Shown here: positions 12,698 through 23,862 of the stretch, piece by piece | How positions within the stretch are numbered: position 1 is the first letter of the stretch | Layout: every line of letters starts with the position of its first letter | Source of the DNA: Curvularia clavata | Lineage: Eukaryota | DNA: 64,000 bases | Assembly: GCA_023920165.1 (NCBI GenBank) | Contig: CP089277.1 | Coordinates: 1,550,001 to 1,614,000, forward strand | Direction: 5' to 3' | Notes under the pieces: model-generated | Told to the model about the DNA's origin: nothing | The model's database searches: none | What the model saw: only the letters and a program-made list of their open reading frames with translations | Translations under genes and position numbers: made by a program

Positions 12698-13203
12698 TCT
12701 GTCAATGGTTAGCATGACGAGCAAAGTGGACAGCGCTGAAGACGGCATTGTGTTCTGAAGAACAAATTGATCTGAAAGGGGAGTAATAAAGCCGCATTCA
12801 CCGCGCAGCAAGCGCTTGTAGGATTTGAGCGAGAGTTTGATTGAGTGTTCTACTAGACTGGACTGCAGGGGGAATAATACAGCCGCGTGCACCGCACAGT
12901 GTGCCTTTGGAGGATTTGAGCAGTGATTTGATCAAGGGTTTGACTTCCATACCTGTATAGTATAATGTAACTTTATATGTATAACGATTCCTTCTTTGAG
13001 GATGCAGTGATATATACGACGTCAGACTCAAGACCTTCTGCCCATCATGTCAGAAGCAAGTCTTCTACTCAGAGGTTGTGAATCAAAAGACACCAAAAGC
13101 AACAAACAATCACGCGATCAAAACAAACAGAACCAGACAATCAACACTGAGACTCAAACAGGTCATTTCGTCTTTTGCATTCCCATGTGAAATCAACATC
13201 TAT

Positions 13204-14969
13204 CTAGCACCTACACTCAACCCCCTTGCGACTCACACACAGATACTTGACGCCCTTGTACGGCGTCACACCACTCCCCAATCCTTTGCTTCGCCTCTGG
13301 TCCAGATTCAAACTCTCTACCTTGATACCGCTCGGCAGCCACCCTTTAACCGAGAAACTTATCGTCGCACAACTGGGCATGAGGACCTTGTTCGCCTGCT
13401 TGATCTTGGCCTCGGAGTCAGGTTTGCTGGGGGCAGGGGCAGCAGGATGGGATGCGGACTTGGCAGAGGCAAGGACGTCGTTTGTGTCGTCGTCGTAGTC
13501 GTAGGTGGATGTGGAGAAGGAGACGGGGCCGCCTGCATCGAGGGAGTCGTCAGAAGGGTCGTCTTGACCGATAACAGTGCCGCGGAGGGTCGCAAGGACG
13601 CCCATGCCTGCGCCGCGGTCCTGCGCCATCAGAGCGCTGACTTCGCGGCTACTGATGCGCCATTCTATGGCTCGGTCGCCGGGCGCGTAGCCGGCATCGC
13701 CGGTGCCGCGGGCGACACGTATGTCGACGACATTCTTCACGCTTGCAGGAAGAGGGATGTGAATGACCATTTCATCGATGGCGGGTGCAGCAGTGGTGCC
13801 GGTCGAGGATGATGTGCGCGCCAAACTGGCTTTTGCGGCACTGGATTGTGACGAGGACTTGCCGGTGAAGCGGGGATTCAGCTGGAGTTTAACTTCGAAG
13901 TCTGAGCCGGTTGGGCCCAGAGAGGGAAGGACGGAGACGGTGGCGGGGATGTTGAGTTTGGGCATTGCATTTCGAGCGGATTTGTCTGTTGAGAAGGACT
14001 CTAAGGCGGCAGAGCCAAGCAGGTCAACTTCATAGCCTGCCAGTACAAAGCGGCCGTCTGGTGGGACGAAGGATAGTTCTCCCGGTCTTGCCTTCCACTG
14101 ATTGAGTCTTACACAAGGATGGAAGACAGGGAGTGAAACGGTGTTCTGAATACCACCAGCACATCCTAATTGTAGTATGAGATCGGGTACGCCCGAGACC
14201 TTGGCTGTGAATGCGATAGTGCCGTTGGCCATGGCAGCCAAGGGCCGGCCGGACGGCGATAAGGTAACTTCGAGCGTCTCGACGATGTCGACGTACATCT
14301 CGTTACTGGTATGTCTGACATTTGCTCTCCTCCATGGAACCGGTGAGGCTGTCTGGCTTGAACTTGGCGAGGGACCTAATCTTGGGCTTGCCCTTCCACC
14401 ACCAAGACCAAATGCACCTGTGGATGAGGGAGCTAAGGAACTCGGCGTTGAGGACGGCAATCCTACGCCTCCTAGGAGGCTCTTTAGTAGATTCGGCGCC
14501 TCAACGACATCCCTCAACGCATTGGGCTCGGTGTTTGCAATGATGCCGCCGTCCACCATTTCGCTAAGCAGCTGGGCGACAACATCGTAGTTTGCTTCTA
14601 TCTTGCTGGCCAGCAGAGGGGATCCTAGGAAGTCTTCGAGGACATCGGTGAGGCGGTGGAGAAAGGTGAGAACGGCAAGAGGATCGGTGTCAGCAGAGGA
14701 GGGGCAGAGGAAGAGTAGCTGGTCTTGTATTATCGAGTACAGCAGGGTCGGTGGGTTGGTGTTGGGCAGGTAGATCAAAGGTGGGCGTGGAGTCGGATGG
14801 GCAAGATATAGCGGTAGGAGGATGCTAGACGGCGGTGGGCGGTTGGCGTATACGTGCTCGAGAAGAGGCGTGCTGATGTGGTTGTTTTTAGCAGTGCGGG
14901 ACAGCAGGACTGTGAGGGGACCGGTTACTTGTGCTCATCAAAGATGTAGAGAGCTTCAATCGCGCTCAT
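13204..14969 (-). CDS. APM3: AP-3 adaptor complex mu subunit
   Basis: Exon 1 MSAIEALYIFDEHN, intron 14928-14873. Motifs VPWRRANVRHTSNEMYVDIVE, FHPCVRL, SFVPPDGRFVL, SGIKVESL, PYKGVKY. Confidence 0.92.
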
Positions 14970-15146
14970 CTTGGGAGAATGTCGGCGTGCGGCTGCGCGC
15001 GTGCGAGGACGCAAGAGGGCGCCCGCGTTCGTGGGGCATGTTTTGGCGGGGGAGACGTGCCTGGCTAGGGCCGGCCCTGCATGCACGATGTCATTCCAAC
15101 TTTTTGTTCGCCATGGCGATCCTTCTATCCGACCTCTTACGCAAAT

Positions 15147-15475
15147 ATGTCACAACCAGCTGTAGATACGCCAACGCCCAAGGAAGCCTTGAAGCAGGAC
15201 CGCGCACAGTTTGAGGACTGCACGCCTTGCCGCGTCGTGGGTTCGTTCCTCCGCTCCATCATTGCCCTACCCAACGCTGACAAGCACCTGCAGGCACCGC
15301 AACATTCCTCGGCCTCGGTGCATTTACCTACGTATCAGGTCATTCTCAAATCCGCGCCAATGAAGCCGCCATTCGCGCCAGCAAGAGCATCTTCGGGGTG
15401 CGCAGTAGACACATGGCTATCACAGGAACTAGTGCCGTCATGGTGGGTTTGGGCGTCTACCGGTGGTTCTCATAA
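15147..15475 (+). CDS. DUF4536/DMAC1-like small membrane protein
   Basis: DCTPCRVVG, intron 15241-15293, then GTATFLGLGAFTY...VGLGVYRWFS*. CxxC followed by two TM helices. Confidence 0.8.
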
Positions 15476-15840
15476 TCATCGTCACGCATTCACAAACAAA
15501 TTTGCAATAGCACAGTCAGGCACTAGGAATCCCATAGAGGGCTTGAAAAACATGATATTAACAATCGAAATCTCTCCTCATCCTCCACACACAGCTACCA
15601 ATAAATTGCCGCCGCTGAAACAAGAACGAAGAAAGGTATATGTATGCCCAGAAAAGTAATGAACACCAGAGAATGCGTCTATTCAGCCTGCTCCACCCAA
15701 TGCATAGAATGATCAACAAGCCCACTGCGCCGTCTGGGTATGATGCAATTAGTCATGATTCGTGATTCCTCAAGCTGCTGCTCTTCTCGTCGCAAACCGT
15801 GTTTCGACGACTTGGCTTCAGGTGTGCCTGGCCATCCGTC

Positions 15841-16599
15841 TCACGACATGCGGCCGCGCTTGGGTCCCCCAGAGGAGCCATCCCGCCGGTCGTTAAAACC
15901 GTCGACGTTGAAAAAGTCGTTCATGAGCCGTCGCTTCTGCCCAGCGCCGCTACCGAGTTGGAAGAGATTTTGAGCTGCGGATCGTTGGAGATTTCGGGCA
16001 GTTGAGCGGTTGGAAGCGCGGCGAGGATTGGGGAATGCACGGCGTGCGGCAGCTGAGATATCGACAGTGTTGTTTTCGTTTGGAGAGTCAGAGGGGAAGG
16101 CCTGGGGTGCGGAAAATTGGAAAACGTGGTGCAAGGGCGACAAGTCGGAATCGGTAGTGGTAGCTTCCATGTGAACTGGCGGCGGTGCGGATTCGCAGCG
16201 GTCTGATGTCTCCATGACTGGGTCGATTGTGCGTGGGTCGTCAAGGCTGAGGTTTCGCTCCATGATGGGCGACGAGCTGCGAGCGCGCTTGTCGTCTAGG
16301 TATTCCTCGTCACTCTCGCTACCTGACTGCTTGGGCAGAGATCCATCCAAGCGTTCTGTTGCCCACTGTCGTATTCTGCCGCCTTCGCCGCCTAGATTCC
16401 CGATGTTCTCTTTGTCCAGAAAAGCCAATAGGTCGTCTAGTGCTTCTTGGTAGCCATCGGCGCGGGCCCTGTCGAGGTCGGCAAGGGCTGACTTGTACAG
16501 ATTCGTGACGTTTAGGGCAGCGGTACGGAACGCCTGGTGCACGTCAGGCTGTCGACGCGTCTTGGGCAGCGATGTGTTTAGGCTTCGCATCGAGTCCAT
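15841..16599 (-). CDS. Conserved fungal protein, possibly HAPSTR1(C16orf72)/YJR056C-like
   Basis: N-terminal AFRTAALNVTNLYK...GYQEALDDLL helical motif; basic NLS-like GQKRR and PKRGR at the C-terminus. Family assignment from memory only. Confidence 0.7.
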   Translation of the reverse strand: MDSMRSLNTSLPKTRRQPDVHQAFRTAALNVTNLYKSALADLDRARADGYQEALDDLLAFLDKENIGNLGGEGGRIRQWATERLDGSLPKQSGSESDEEYLDDKRARSSSPIMERNLSLDDPRTIDPVMETSDRCESAPPPVHMEATTTDSDLSPLHHVFQFSAPQAFPSDSPNENNTVDISAAARRAFPNPRRASNRSTARNLQRSAAQNLFQLGSGAGQKRRLMNDFFNVDGFNDRRDGSSGGPKRGRMS

Positions 16600-17031
16600 G
16601 GCTGTGGGTGAAGCTTGTTGTTGCTCCAGTCGATGCCGTGCAAAGGCTTTGCGGTGCCTGGGTGAGCTGCAGAAAGACTTCTGCAGCTGCTAACAGTGTT
16701 GTGGTTGTTGTTGGGTGCGCAAGAGTGTGCGCGAAAAAAAAGAAAGTAGCAAGGCAGGTCCAAGTAAGGGAGCTGCAGCAGTGCGGTGCACTCACAAAGA
16801 GTGTCAGGGTTGAAGATGTGGTCGATCGTCGGCAGCCGTCTTTCCCGCGGGGTTCACGTTGTCATGATTGTTTAGGGCAAAGTATGCTGGTCCGTGCACC
16901 AACCACGCCCCCTTCTCTTGACAACATCACGCTTCACCACAGCAATCGAGACGTCACGGTTTTGGTGGCTGCCGGTCAGCGATATACAACATCGTGCCAT
17001 CCTTTACCATCACCTTTGATTGCTGCTCGCT

Positions 17032-18351
17032 ATGCTTTCGCCTGTCGAGAGCCTACCTGTTGAGCTGTTTGATATTATATCAGACGAATTCAGTATCCCA
17101 GATTGCCAAAGCCTCCGTCTGACTTCGCGACAACTGCACCGACTCATCCATGCAAAATTCGTGCGGCTTGCCTTCTGTGAGCGAAGAACCACTCTCAGCT
17201 TATCGTCTCTTAACCGCCTTATCAATGTGTCCAGCCATCGCGACTTTCGAGATGCTGTCAAATGTCTCCACATACGGCTCCTAAACCACCACGAATACGC
17301 AAATCTGAATGCAATTAGCCGTGCGGGTCGCTTTCCTCCCCCGAAGCGGTTTCCTAGAGTGTCCGGTATTAAAGACAGGCACATCAGCGATGAGGCGGCG
17401 ACATATGCCTACGTGATACAAAACGAACGCCCGGCTCGGCTGTACACAGGACTGCTGAAAGCTATGGAGAGTCTGCCCCAACTAAAAATTATCCGATTCA
17501 GCATGAAGCAATCCGCATCGTCTATATCGGAACATGACGAAACATTATATGATTCGTTTCGCAACAGATGCTTCGAAGCAGTTGTCTTTGCCATGAGCCA
17601 CAGCAAAATCAAGCTAGAGGAGTTCAGCATGGGAAGAAAGAAAGGCCGTAAGATCATGTATAAGCAGCTGGATCTGTCATTTTTGGTCTTTCAACTGGCT
17701 CCTGCCTCTCTACAGGCCCTGCAATATTGCTTCTCCAATCTTCAGTCTCTCACGCTATCCATCATGATCAGTTACAACATACCACACCCAAACAGCTGGG
17801 CGAAAAGTATTTGTGATTTCATCAACACTGCGCCTAGGCTGACGAAATTGACTCTGAGTCTCGATCGAGTCGCGAACAATAGTCTAATTGCGTTCTATGA
17901 ATACAGCTGCGTCATGGTAAACTCCTTGGCTACTTCTTGCCGGCTGCCAGATCTCGAAACACTCGAAATTATGAATTGTGCGCCCCATGGAAAAGATCTG
18001 TCTGATCTAGTCCAATCCCATTCGTCGTCGCTTCGACGTATTGTCTTTTCCAATATTCGACTATGCATGATCAGGTGGTGCTCAATGGGGGGCGCATTGA
18101 AGGCATGTCAGAGACTCGAGTATTTTCGGCTAGTTGCGGTCGAGGATTCCTGGAACAGTGCCACCAGGGAAGCGCGCATACAAGATGAACCAAACACAGT
18201 ATGGGATGGTCGGAAAAACACCCAAAGTGTGTTCGATTGGCTTCACGAAGTGTGGGCAATAGACGAATTCGCAGAACATACGGACCACCATTCACCTATC
18301 AACAATAACATTCATCATGCCGAGTCAGATTTGGGTAGTCACTCTGACTGA
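17032..18351 (+). CDS. F-box protein with degenerate LRR-like C-terminal region
   Basis: N-terminal ESLPVELFDII...CQSLRLTSRQL F-box motif; repeats such as SNLQSLTL, PRLTKLTL, PDLETLEI. Confidence 0.85.
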   Translation: MLSPVESLPVELFDIISDEFSIPDCQSLRLTSRQLHRLIHAKFVRLAFCERRTTLSLSSLNRLINVSSHRDFRDAVKCLHIRLLNHHEYANLNAISRAGRFPPPKRFPRVSGIKDRHISDEAATYAYVIQNERPARLYTGLLKAMESLPQLKIIRFSMKQSASSISEHDETLYDSFRNRCFEAVVFAMSHSKIKLEEFSMGRKKGRKIMYKQLDLSFLVFQLAPASLQALQYCFSNLQSLTLSIMISYNIPHPNSWAKSICDFINTAPRLTKLTLSLDRVANNSLIAFYEYSCVMVNSLATSCRLPDLETLEIMNCAPHGKDLSDLVQSHSSSLRRIVFSNIRLCMIRWCSMGGALKACQRLEYFRLVAVEDSWNSATREARIQDEPNTVWDGRKNTQSVFDWLHEVWAIDEFAEHTDHHSPINNNIHHAESDLGSHSD

Positions 18352-18370
18352 AATAGCATCGCAATGTCGA

Positions 18371-18394
18371 TGTCATTGTCATTGTCATTGTCAT
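18371..18394. repeat. (TGTCAT)4 microsatellite
   Basis: Four perfect hexamer copies just downstream of the F-box stop codon. Confidence 0.9.
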
Positions 18395-18414
18395 TCGTAC
18401 CACGAACCGCATAG

Positions 18415-18557
18415 CAGCCTTGTCAACAATTAAACTGAGATCAATCTCATCAAGCCAAGCCAGCCAATATTTGGACCAGGTCGAGTCAAGCGAGGATTTT
18501 TAAGATTTTGATCAAGTCAAGTCCCAGCTTGACTTGGCTTGATTGTTGACAACTCTG
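18415..18557. mobile_element. 143-bp non-autonomous hAT-type element (MITE)
   Basis: Imperfect TIRs CAGccTTGTCAACAAT / ATTGTTGACAActCTG. Flanks CCGCATAG (18407-18414) and CTGCATAG (18558-18565) match at 7/8, consistent with a TSD. Subterminal CAAGY repeats. Confidence 0.75.
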
Positions 18558-20130
18558 CTGCATAGCGATATTAGTCCACAGAAGCCTAGCTACCGCTTCA
18601 TGGATCAGTTATGCAGTACGTGGCCACCCTCGTGCTGGAGAACCGTTCGGTCGGATGTTTCGATACGAGAAAAACCCGGCATGATTCAACAATGTATCTG
18701 GGATAGAAGAGCATATTTCATAGTGTATATGAGAGACAGGTTGTACGACATATCTAGGACCATGTGGTTCGAGATCGACACTGACCTGCCTTATCTAGTC
18801 ATTGTGCATGTTGCTCAGCTGCTTGGCATACCTTTTTCAGAGGCTGTACGACCATGGACTCGCCGCCTGTGTCACGGCATTATCATATCCCAGCACGGCC
18901 ATTATGATTCAGATCCACAGAACCCTGTCCTTACCTCAACAAGAGTATCGGAGTGTCACACAGCGCAGAACGGAATGTGTTCTGTAAGGCGTTCCATGCA
19001 GAAAGCGGAAAACTCCCAGGTATAGTGACTATCCCGAGAGCATTTCACTAGAGTGCAGCGACTAAATTGACGCCCTGGACCCACTTCCTCATGGCCCTAC
19101 ATATATGTACATATGCTCCAGCGGTCTCGGTATATACCAGGTTCCGGTGAGTTTCCACTAACCAAATTCAATTTTTCTCCCGCGACGAGCGAACCAGTTA
19201 TATCCGCCCTCAATTTGATACCCGCAACGCCACGGCTCCGCGGTCAAAGCTTGATTCAACTTCGATCTGCAGCCTTGCATACGCATGGACCAATTATGTT
19301 GCTCGGATAATTGATTGCTCGCAGGAGAGCAGGCAAGTGGGGTGATGCGCAGTCACCGGAACATCAATAGGACGCGGGAACTTTTTGAGGCGATGTTTGG
19401 CGAAGAAGTCGGGTACAGGCGGTGCATCTTATGCAGGCACCTAAAGGAGCGCATGACAGAGTAAAGCAATCATTCATGCCAAGCACTGCGACGGTCGCGG
19501 ATCCAGGCGTGATCCCGAAAGCTCTTCCGCCATGCCTCGTTGCCCAGAACTGCCGAGAACAAGATGTTGTAGGTGATCATATGCACCCACAGAAGCAGTA
19601 AGCCGCCTTCGACAAGCACAAAAGTTCAGCTTTTCGGCTCTCCACGCTCAGACCCGAACACAGCTACCAGCTGTACCGCCACTGCAATCCTTCAGGGACC
19701 CCGCAGTGGCGGGACTTTGTTGGCCCGTCGATGTAGATCTGGCGTGGTACGCTCCGCCCTAAGGCGCAGGTCAGCACTGATGCTATGAATAAGCTACTAG
19801 GTCTTATTACCCACGCTAGCAGTTCGGCTCAACACTACAACGTTGCCAACGTCCCACAGCGATAGGTCTCGCGATGGCCACGAGTCGTCCGCCAATGCTG
19901 TGTGTCGTGCCATGACAAGACTATGGCTTGTGGAGCTGGTAAGCGCCATCGTCCGCAGCAAACAATACATTTGGTCCTTTAGTCATGAAGGGGGAGCCAC
20001 CATGTGGGTAAGATCACGCTCTAGTCAAGATCAAGTATTGACTTCTTGGGAAGGAGGGTGGAAGACCTACGAGATACTCGCCTGGTGCCTAGATCGCCAC
20101 TCCGGGGAGAGCGGAGCATCTCCAGGTCAA

Positions 20131-20140
20131 CTATATATAA
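20131..20140 (+). promoter_or_regulatory. Putative TATA box of the peroxidase gene
   Basis: CTATATATAA about 260 bp upstream of ATG 20396, followed by a CT-rich leader. Confidence 0.5.
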
Positions 20141-20395
20141 CCTGGTGTTTGGTTCCTGACTTTCGCTTTATCGTTGTGTTTCAATAACGGTTCACGATAT
20201 CGAATTTGTTGCTTTTTTGCATCAAAGTTGTTGCCCTATCCTTATCCTCTATATCATCCTTATAACTGTACACACGGACACGAACACGGGGAATATTGGT
20301 CGTATTTCTCCTTTCGGTTCTTTTTTTCTCCTTCATCTTTATTATCTCTTTCCACCTTCCTTCCTCTAGTCTCTCTCTTCTCCAATCTGCCCCCG

Positions 20396-21391
20396 ATGCA
20401 TTATCCTATCTCAGTCACACTCCTCGCCCTCGCGGCCACATCGCCCATTTCCGCTATAAGCCTCTGGCCCCGCACCGACAGTTGCCCGTCGGTATGGAAA
20501 GAGGTAGCTTCGGAACTGCAATCAGCATTTGCTGGCTGTGGCGCTGATGCTCATGGCGCCATCCGCGCGCCTTTCCATGATTGCATCAACAACGGCTGTG
20601 ACGGTAGCCTCATCCTCTCAGATGAGTGCTCGCGCCGCGAAAACTCAGGCCTCACCGACATATGCGGAAAGCTCAAGGGCTGGACCGACAAGTACAAGGT
20701 TGGCGCTGCAGATATGATTCAGTTCGCCGCCGCAACCGCAATCTCTGCCTGCCCGTTGGGTCCCCGGGTGCAAGCTCTTGTCGGCCGAAAAGACAACAAA
20801 GCCGCATCGAACGTGGGAAGCGTGCCGTCAAGTCGCGGCTCAGTCAGCAGTATCTTGTCAGCGTTTTCGGCAAAGGGATTTTCGGCAGAGGATGTTGTGG
20901 CGCTCTTGGGAACACATTCTGTCGCGCTACAGTTCAATGACGATCCGGCGCAGGCGGGTAAGGCCCTGGACTCGACACCTGGAACATACGACAACACATT
21001 TTACAAAGAGACTAAGGCGGGTACGGCGCCCTATAGTCTGCAGAGCGACCGTCTGATGTCCAATGCCACCGAGGTATGTTTTCTCAGTTTTTTTCACGTC
21101 CCACATAGGACCTCTACCTGCTTCTTTTCCGGCTCACTTTAGCACTTTAAATATGCATTTTGACTAACGCTTGCGATGTAGACTGAAGCTGCATGGTCAT
21201 CATTTGCCGATTCAACAGACAAATGGCTCGCCGCATTCACCAGTGCGTGGAATAGATTTGCAGTCATCGGCAACGACGCAGGACAACTCAAGGATTGCTC
21301 TAGCCTCATCGCTGGCAGCCGCGCGAGCAGGAAGCGCATGGAGGCTAACGCGAAATTTACCGAGAGAATGAGCGCAAAATTCAGGATCTGA
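20396..21391 (+). CDS. Secreted class II heme peroxidase (CAZy AA2, generic type)
   Basis: Signal peptide MHYPISVTLLALAA; distal RAPFHD, GCDGS, GRKD, proximal LLGTHS, LDSTPG.YDN, LQSD. Intron 21074-21181. Confidence 0.92.
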
Positions 21392-21871
21392 GTAGTTTCG
21401 TTTTTCCGTTTTGTTTTTTATTTTTCGGCGAGACTGGCGACATGCGCGGGAAACTTGCTAAGAACGCTTTGGCGTGTTGGTGGATCGAAACAAAGGCATT
21501 TTTGGCATTTCAGATCATGTAAAATACTGTATGATGTTTATTTTAGTTTTCTTAGGCATGGGAACTTTGAGTAGGATAGGGATAGGGAAATTGGTAGTGA
21601 AAAGAATACATTCAGTCCATGTACCAAAATTGTACATCCGGATTCAAGAATTGTCGTATACTTAGTGTGAGAATGATGCCGTGATCCCTGCTCTGTGCAA
21701 CATCTTCAATCACAAAATGTCACCATAGCAGATACGCACAAGAATATGAACAAGATTTCGTCATTCGAAAAGATAATAATCAACATCGCTACAAGAATCG
21801 AAGCTTTCACCATCTAGGGAGAAAAGTATATACAGAAGGTATCTCTTTTTTTTGTAAGGCGAGTATTCGCT

Positions 21872-23418
21872 TTACATGAGGGCCTCGATCATACGGCGGA
21901 TCTTGGCAGCAGAGGCGCTTCCAGCCTCCTCCTCGAGGAAGGCAATGAAGGTCTCGAGAGTATACTTCTTCTCACCGGCACCAGCGGAGGGGGCGTCGGA
22001 AGGAGTAGCGGTGGGCTTGTTAGCCTCGGGGGCTACGCTGGTAGGCTCGGGCTTAGGCTCGGCAGCGGGGGAAGAAGGCTTGGGCTGAGAGCCGGCTGGA
22101 GGCGCAGACTGAGCTGGCTGAGCGGGGGCAGTGGTGGGCTTAGCAGCGGGAGGAGAGACAGGCTGAGGGCCCTTGCTGGGACCAGGCTGGTTGGTCTCAG
22201 GCTTGACACACTGGAAGTAGTAGGGGTTCCATTGCTTGCACTCGAGACCCTGAGCACACTGAGTGGAGCCCTTGTAGTTGAGGCCGCCACACTGGTACCA
22301 TTCCTTGATGGGACCGGAAGGCTCAGCAGTGGCGGTGGGGCGGACAGAGGTCATCATGGTGGTGGGAGCAACAACGACAGAGGAAGTGCTGTTGCTGGTA
22401 GGGAATGGGGCTACAGCGCTGGAGAGCGTGGCAGAGGGAGTAGGAGCGGCCTCAGACTTGGCGGGGGTAGAGGTAGCCTCAGCAGCGACGGGGGTCGAAG
22501 CAGCGGATGAAGCAGCGACGGACGAAGCAGCAGCGGACGAAGCAGCGACGGACGAGGCAGCGGTGGAAGAAGCAGGAGCCTCAGCGCCACCAGTAGCAGC
22601 GGGGACATCAGAGAGTGTGCCGAAGGTGAGGAGCTTAGGAGTAGCCTCAGTACCGCCGGCGATGAGCTTAGGGCCAGGGGCGGGGTAGGAGTCGAGGTTG
22701 GCGTGAATGGAGAAGCCGAGACCAGGGCCAGTCTTGCTGTAAGCCTCAGGGAAGGTAACACCCTTGGGCTCAAGGGTACCGCTACCGGTAACGGTGAGCT
22801 GGTAGCAAGTCATGTAGTGCTGAGCACCACCAGCAGGGCCAGCGGCGTGGAGGGCAATAGCCTCAGCACGGAGAAGGTAGTCACCAGCGGCGAGGTCCTT
22901 GGGGATGGTGAAGCTGAGCTTTCCGCCTGTGTTTCTGTTAGCAGAGCACAATGTGAGTAAGTGAGCAACGTACAGTTGTAGTTCAGGTCCTTGGTGCCCC
23001 AGAAGTCGTTGTCTCCCTGAGAAGCGGCTGGGTTCTTGGCCCAGGTGTTCTCGTAGATCTTGAAGAACTCGCTGGAACCATCGGCAGTGGCGGCATCCTC
23101 GACCTTGGACATGTATGCAAGGACAGGACCCCAGTGAGCACCACCAATAGCCTCGGTCTTGCAGTCACGGCTGTTGAACTGCTGGTGCATCTCAATGGTA
23201 ACTGTGTCACCAGCCTCGAAAGCACACTTTCCCTTGGCAGCGGCAGGGCTAACATTGCACTGAAGAGCCTTGCTAGTGTAGTCCTCGACAGGGCTGTTGG
23301 TGGAAGGCAACCTGGCACAGGTGCTCTCAAGATCCTCTCCGTTCTTCCAGAGCTGTTGGAAAGTGGCGTGGGCGTTGGCCATGGCCGCCAATACGGCGAT
23401 AGTTGCTACGGTCTTCAT
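21872..23418 (-). CDS. AA9 lytic polysaccharide monooxygenase with internal CBM1 and C-terminal extension
   Basis: Signal peptide then His1 (HATFQQLW), HWGPV, YLLRAEAIALH, GAQHYMTC. Intron 22973-22927. CBM1 WYQCGG...WNPYYFQC. Confidence 0.95.
22496..22575. repeat. Imperfect 15-nt tandem repeat encoding SS(V/A/T)AA units of the AA9 linker
   Basis: GAAGCAGC(G/A)(G/A)CGGA(C/T)-type units repeated about five times. Confidence 0.75.
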
Positions 23419-23657
23419 GGTGATTGGGATAGTTGGAGTAGTAGCGATGTTGTGGAAAATGAATGACAGGTCAAACGAGTGACTAAAGAGTGACTGAAAA
23501 AAAACAAAGAAGGGATGAATGACGAAGTCTTGCAAAGAGAGAATGTCCAGCGCAGCTGCGTTACCGTTAGAGAGGGTGGAGGGCACGAGGGCTTATATCG
23601 TCGTGCGTAGGAATTGGTCCCAGCCCGTGAGGCCGAGAAACAGTTAGTATAGTCATG

Positions 23658-23862
23658 TTTAGCCGTTTCGTCTACTGGCCATCCAATATTGACTGCGGCG
23701 CAGGGGCGCAAACGTGTTTGAAGAACGGGCGGGAGACATGAACGAAGGAACGTATGCTATGCCACAAGGAGTAGTCTGCGAGCTAGAACCAGGTGGGTGG
23801 GTCGCGTTCGAGAAACTGACAGCAAGCTAGCGCCGGCAGCCTTTGCCGGGATGGGCTTAGCC
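23658..23862 (-). promoter_or_regulatory. Two XlnR/Xyr1-type GGCTAA sites upstream of the AA9 gene
   Basis: GGCTAAA at 23664-23658 and GGCTAA at 23862-23857 on the minus strand; TATAA near 23595. Short motifs that could occur by chance. Confidence 0.4.

Noticed and set aside
13078..13812. Long antisense ORFs over real genes (also 3993-4640, 28977-29477, 39257-39838, 53158-53853, 61362-61853)
   Set aside because: Shadows of codon bias in GC-rich or low-complexity CDS; no recognisable motifs.
18543..20187. ORFs upstream of the peroxidase
   Set aside because: Random-looking composition; no transposase or other motif to link them to the adjacent MITE.
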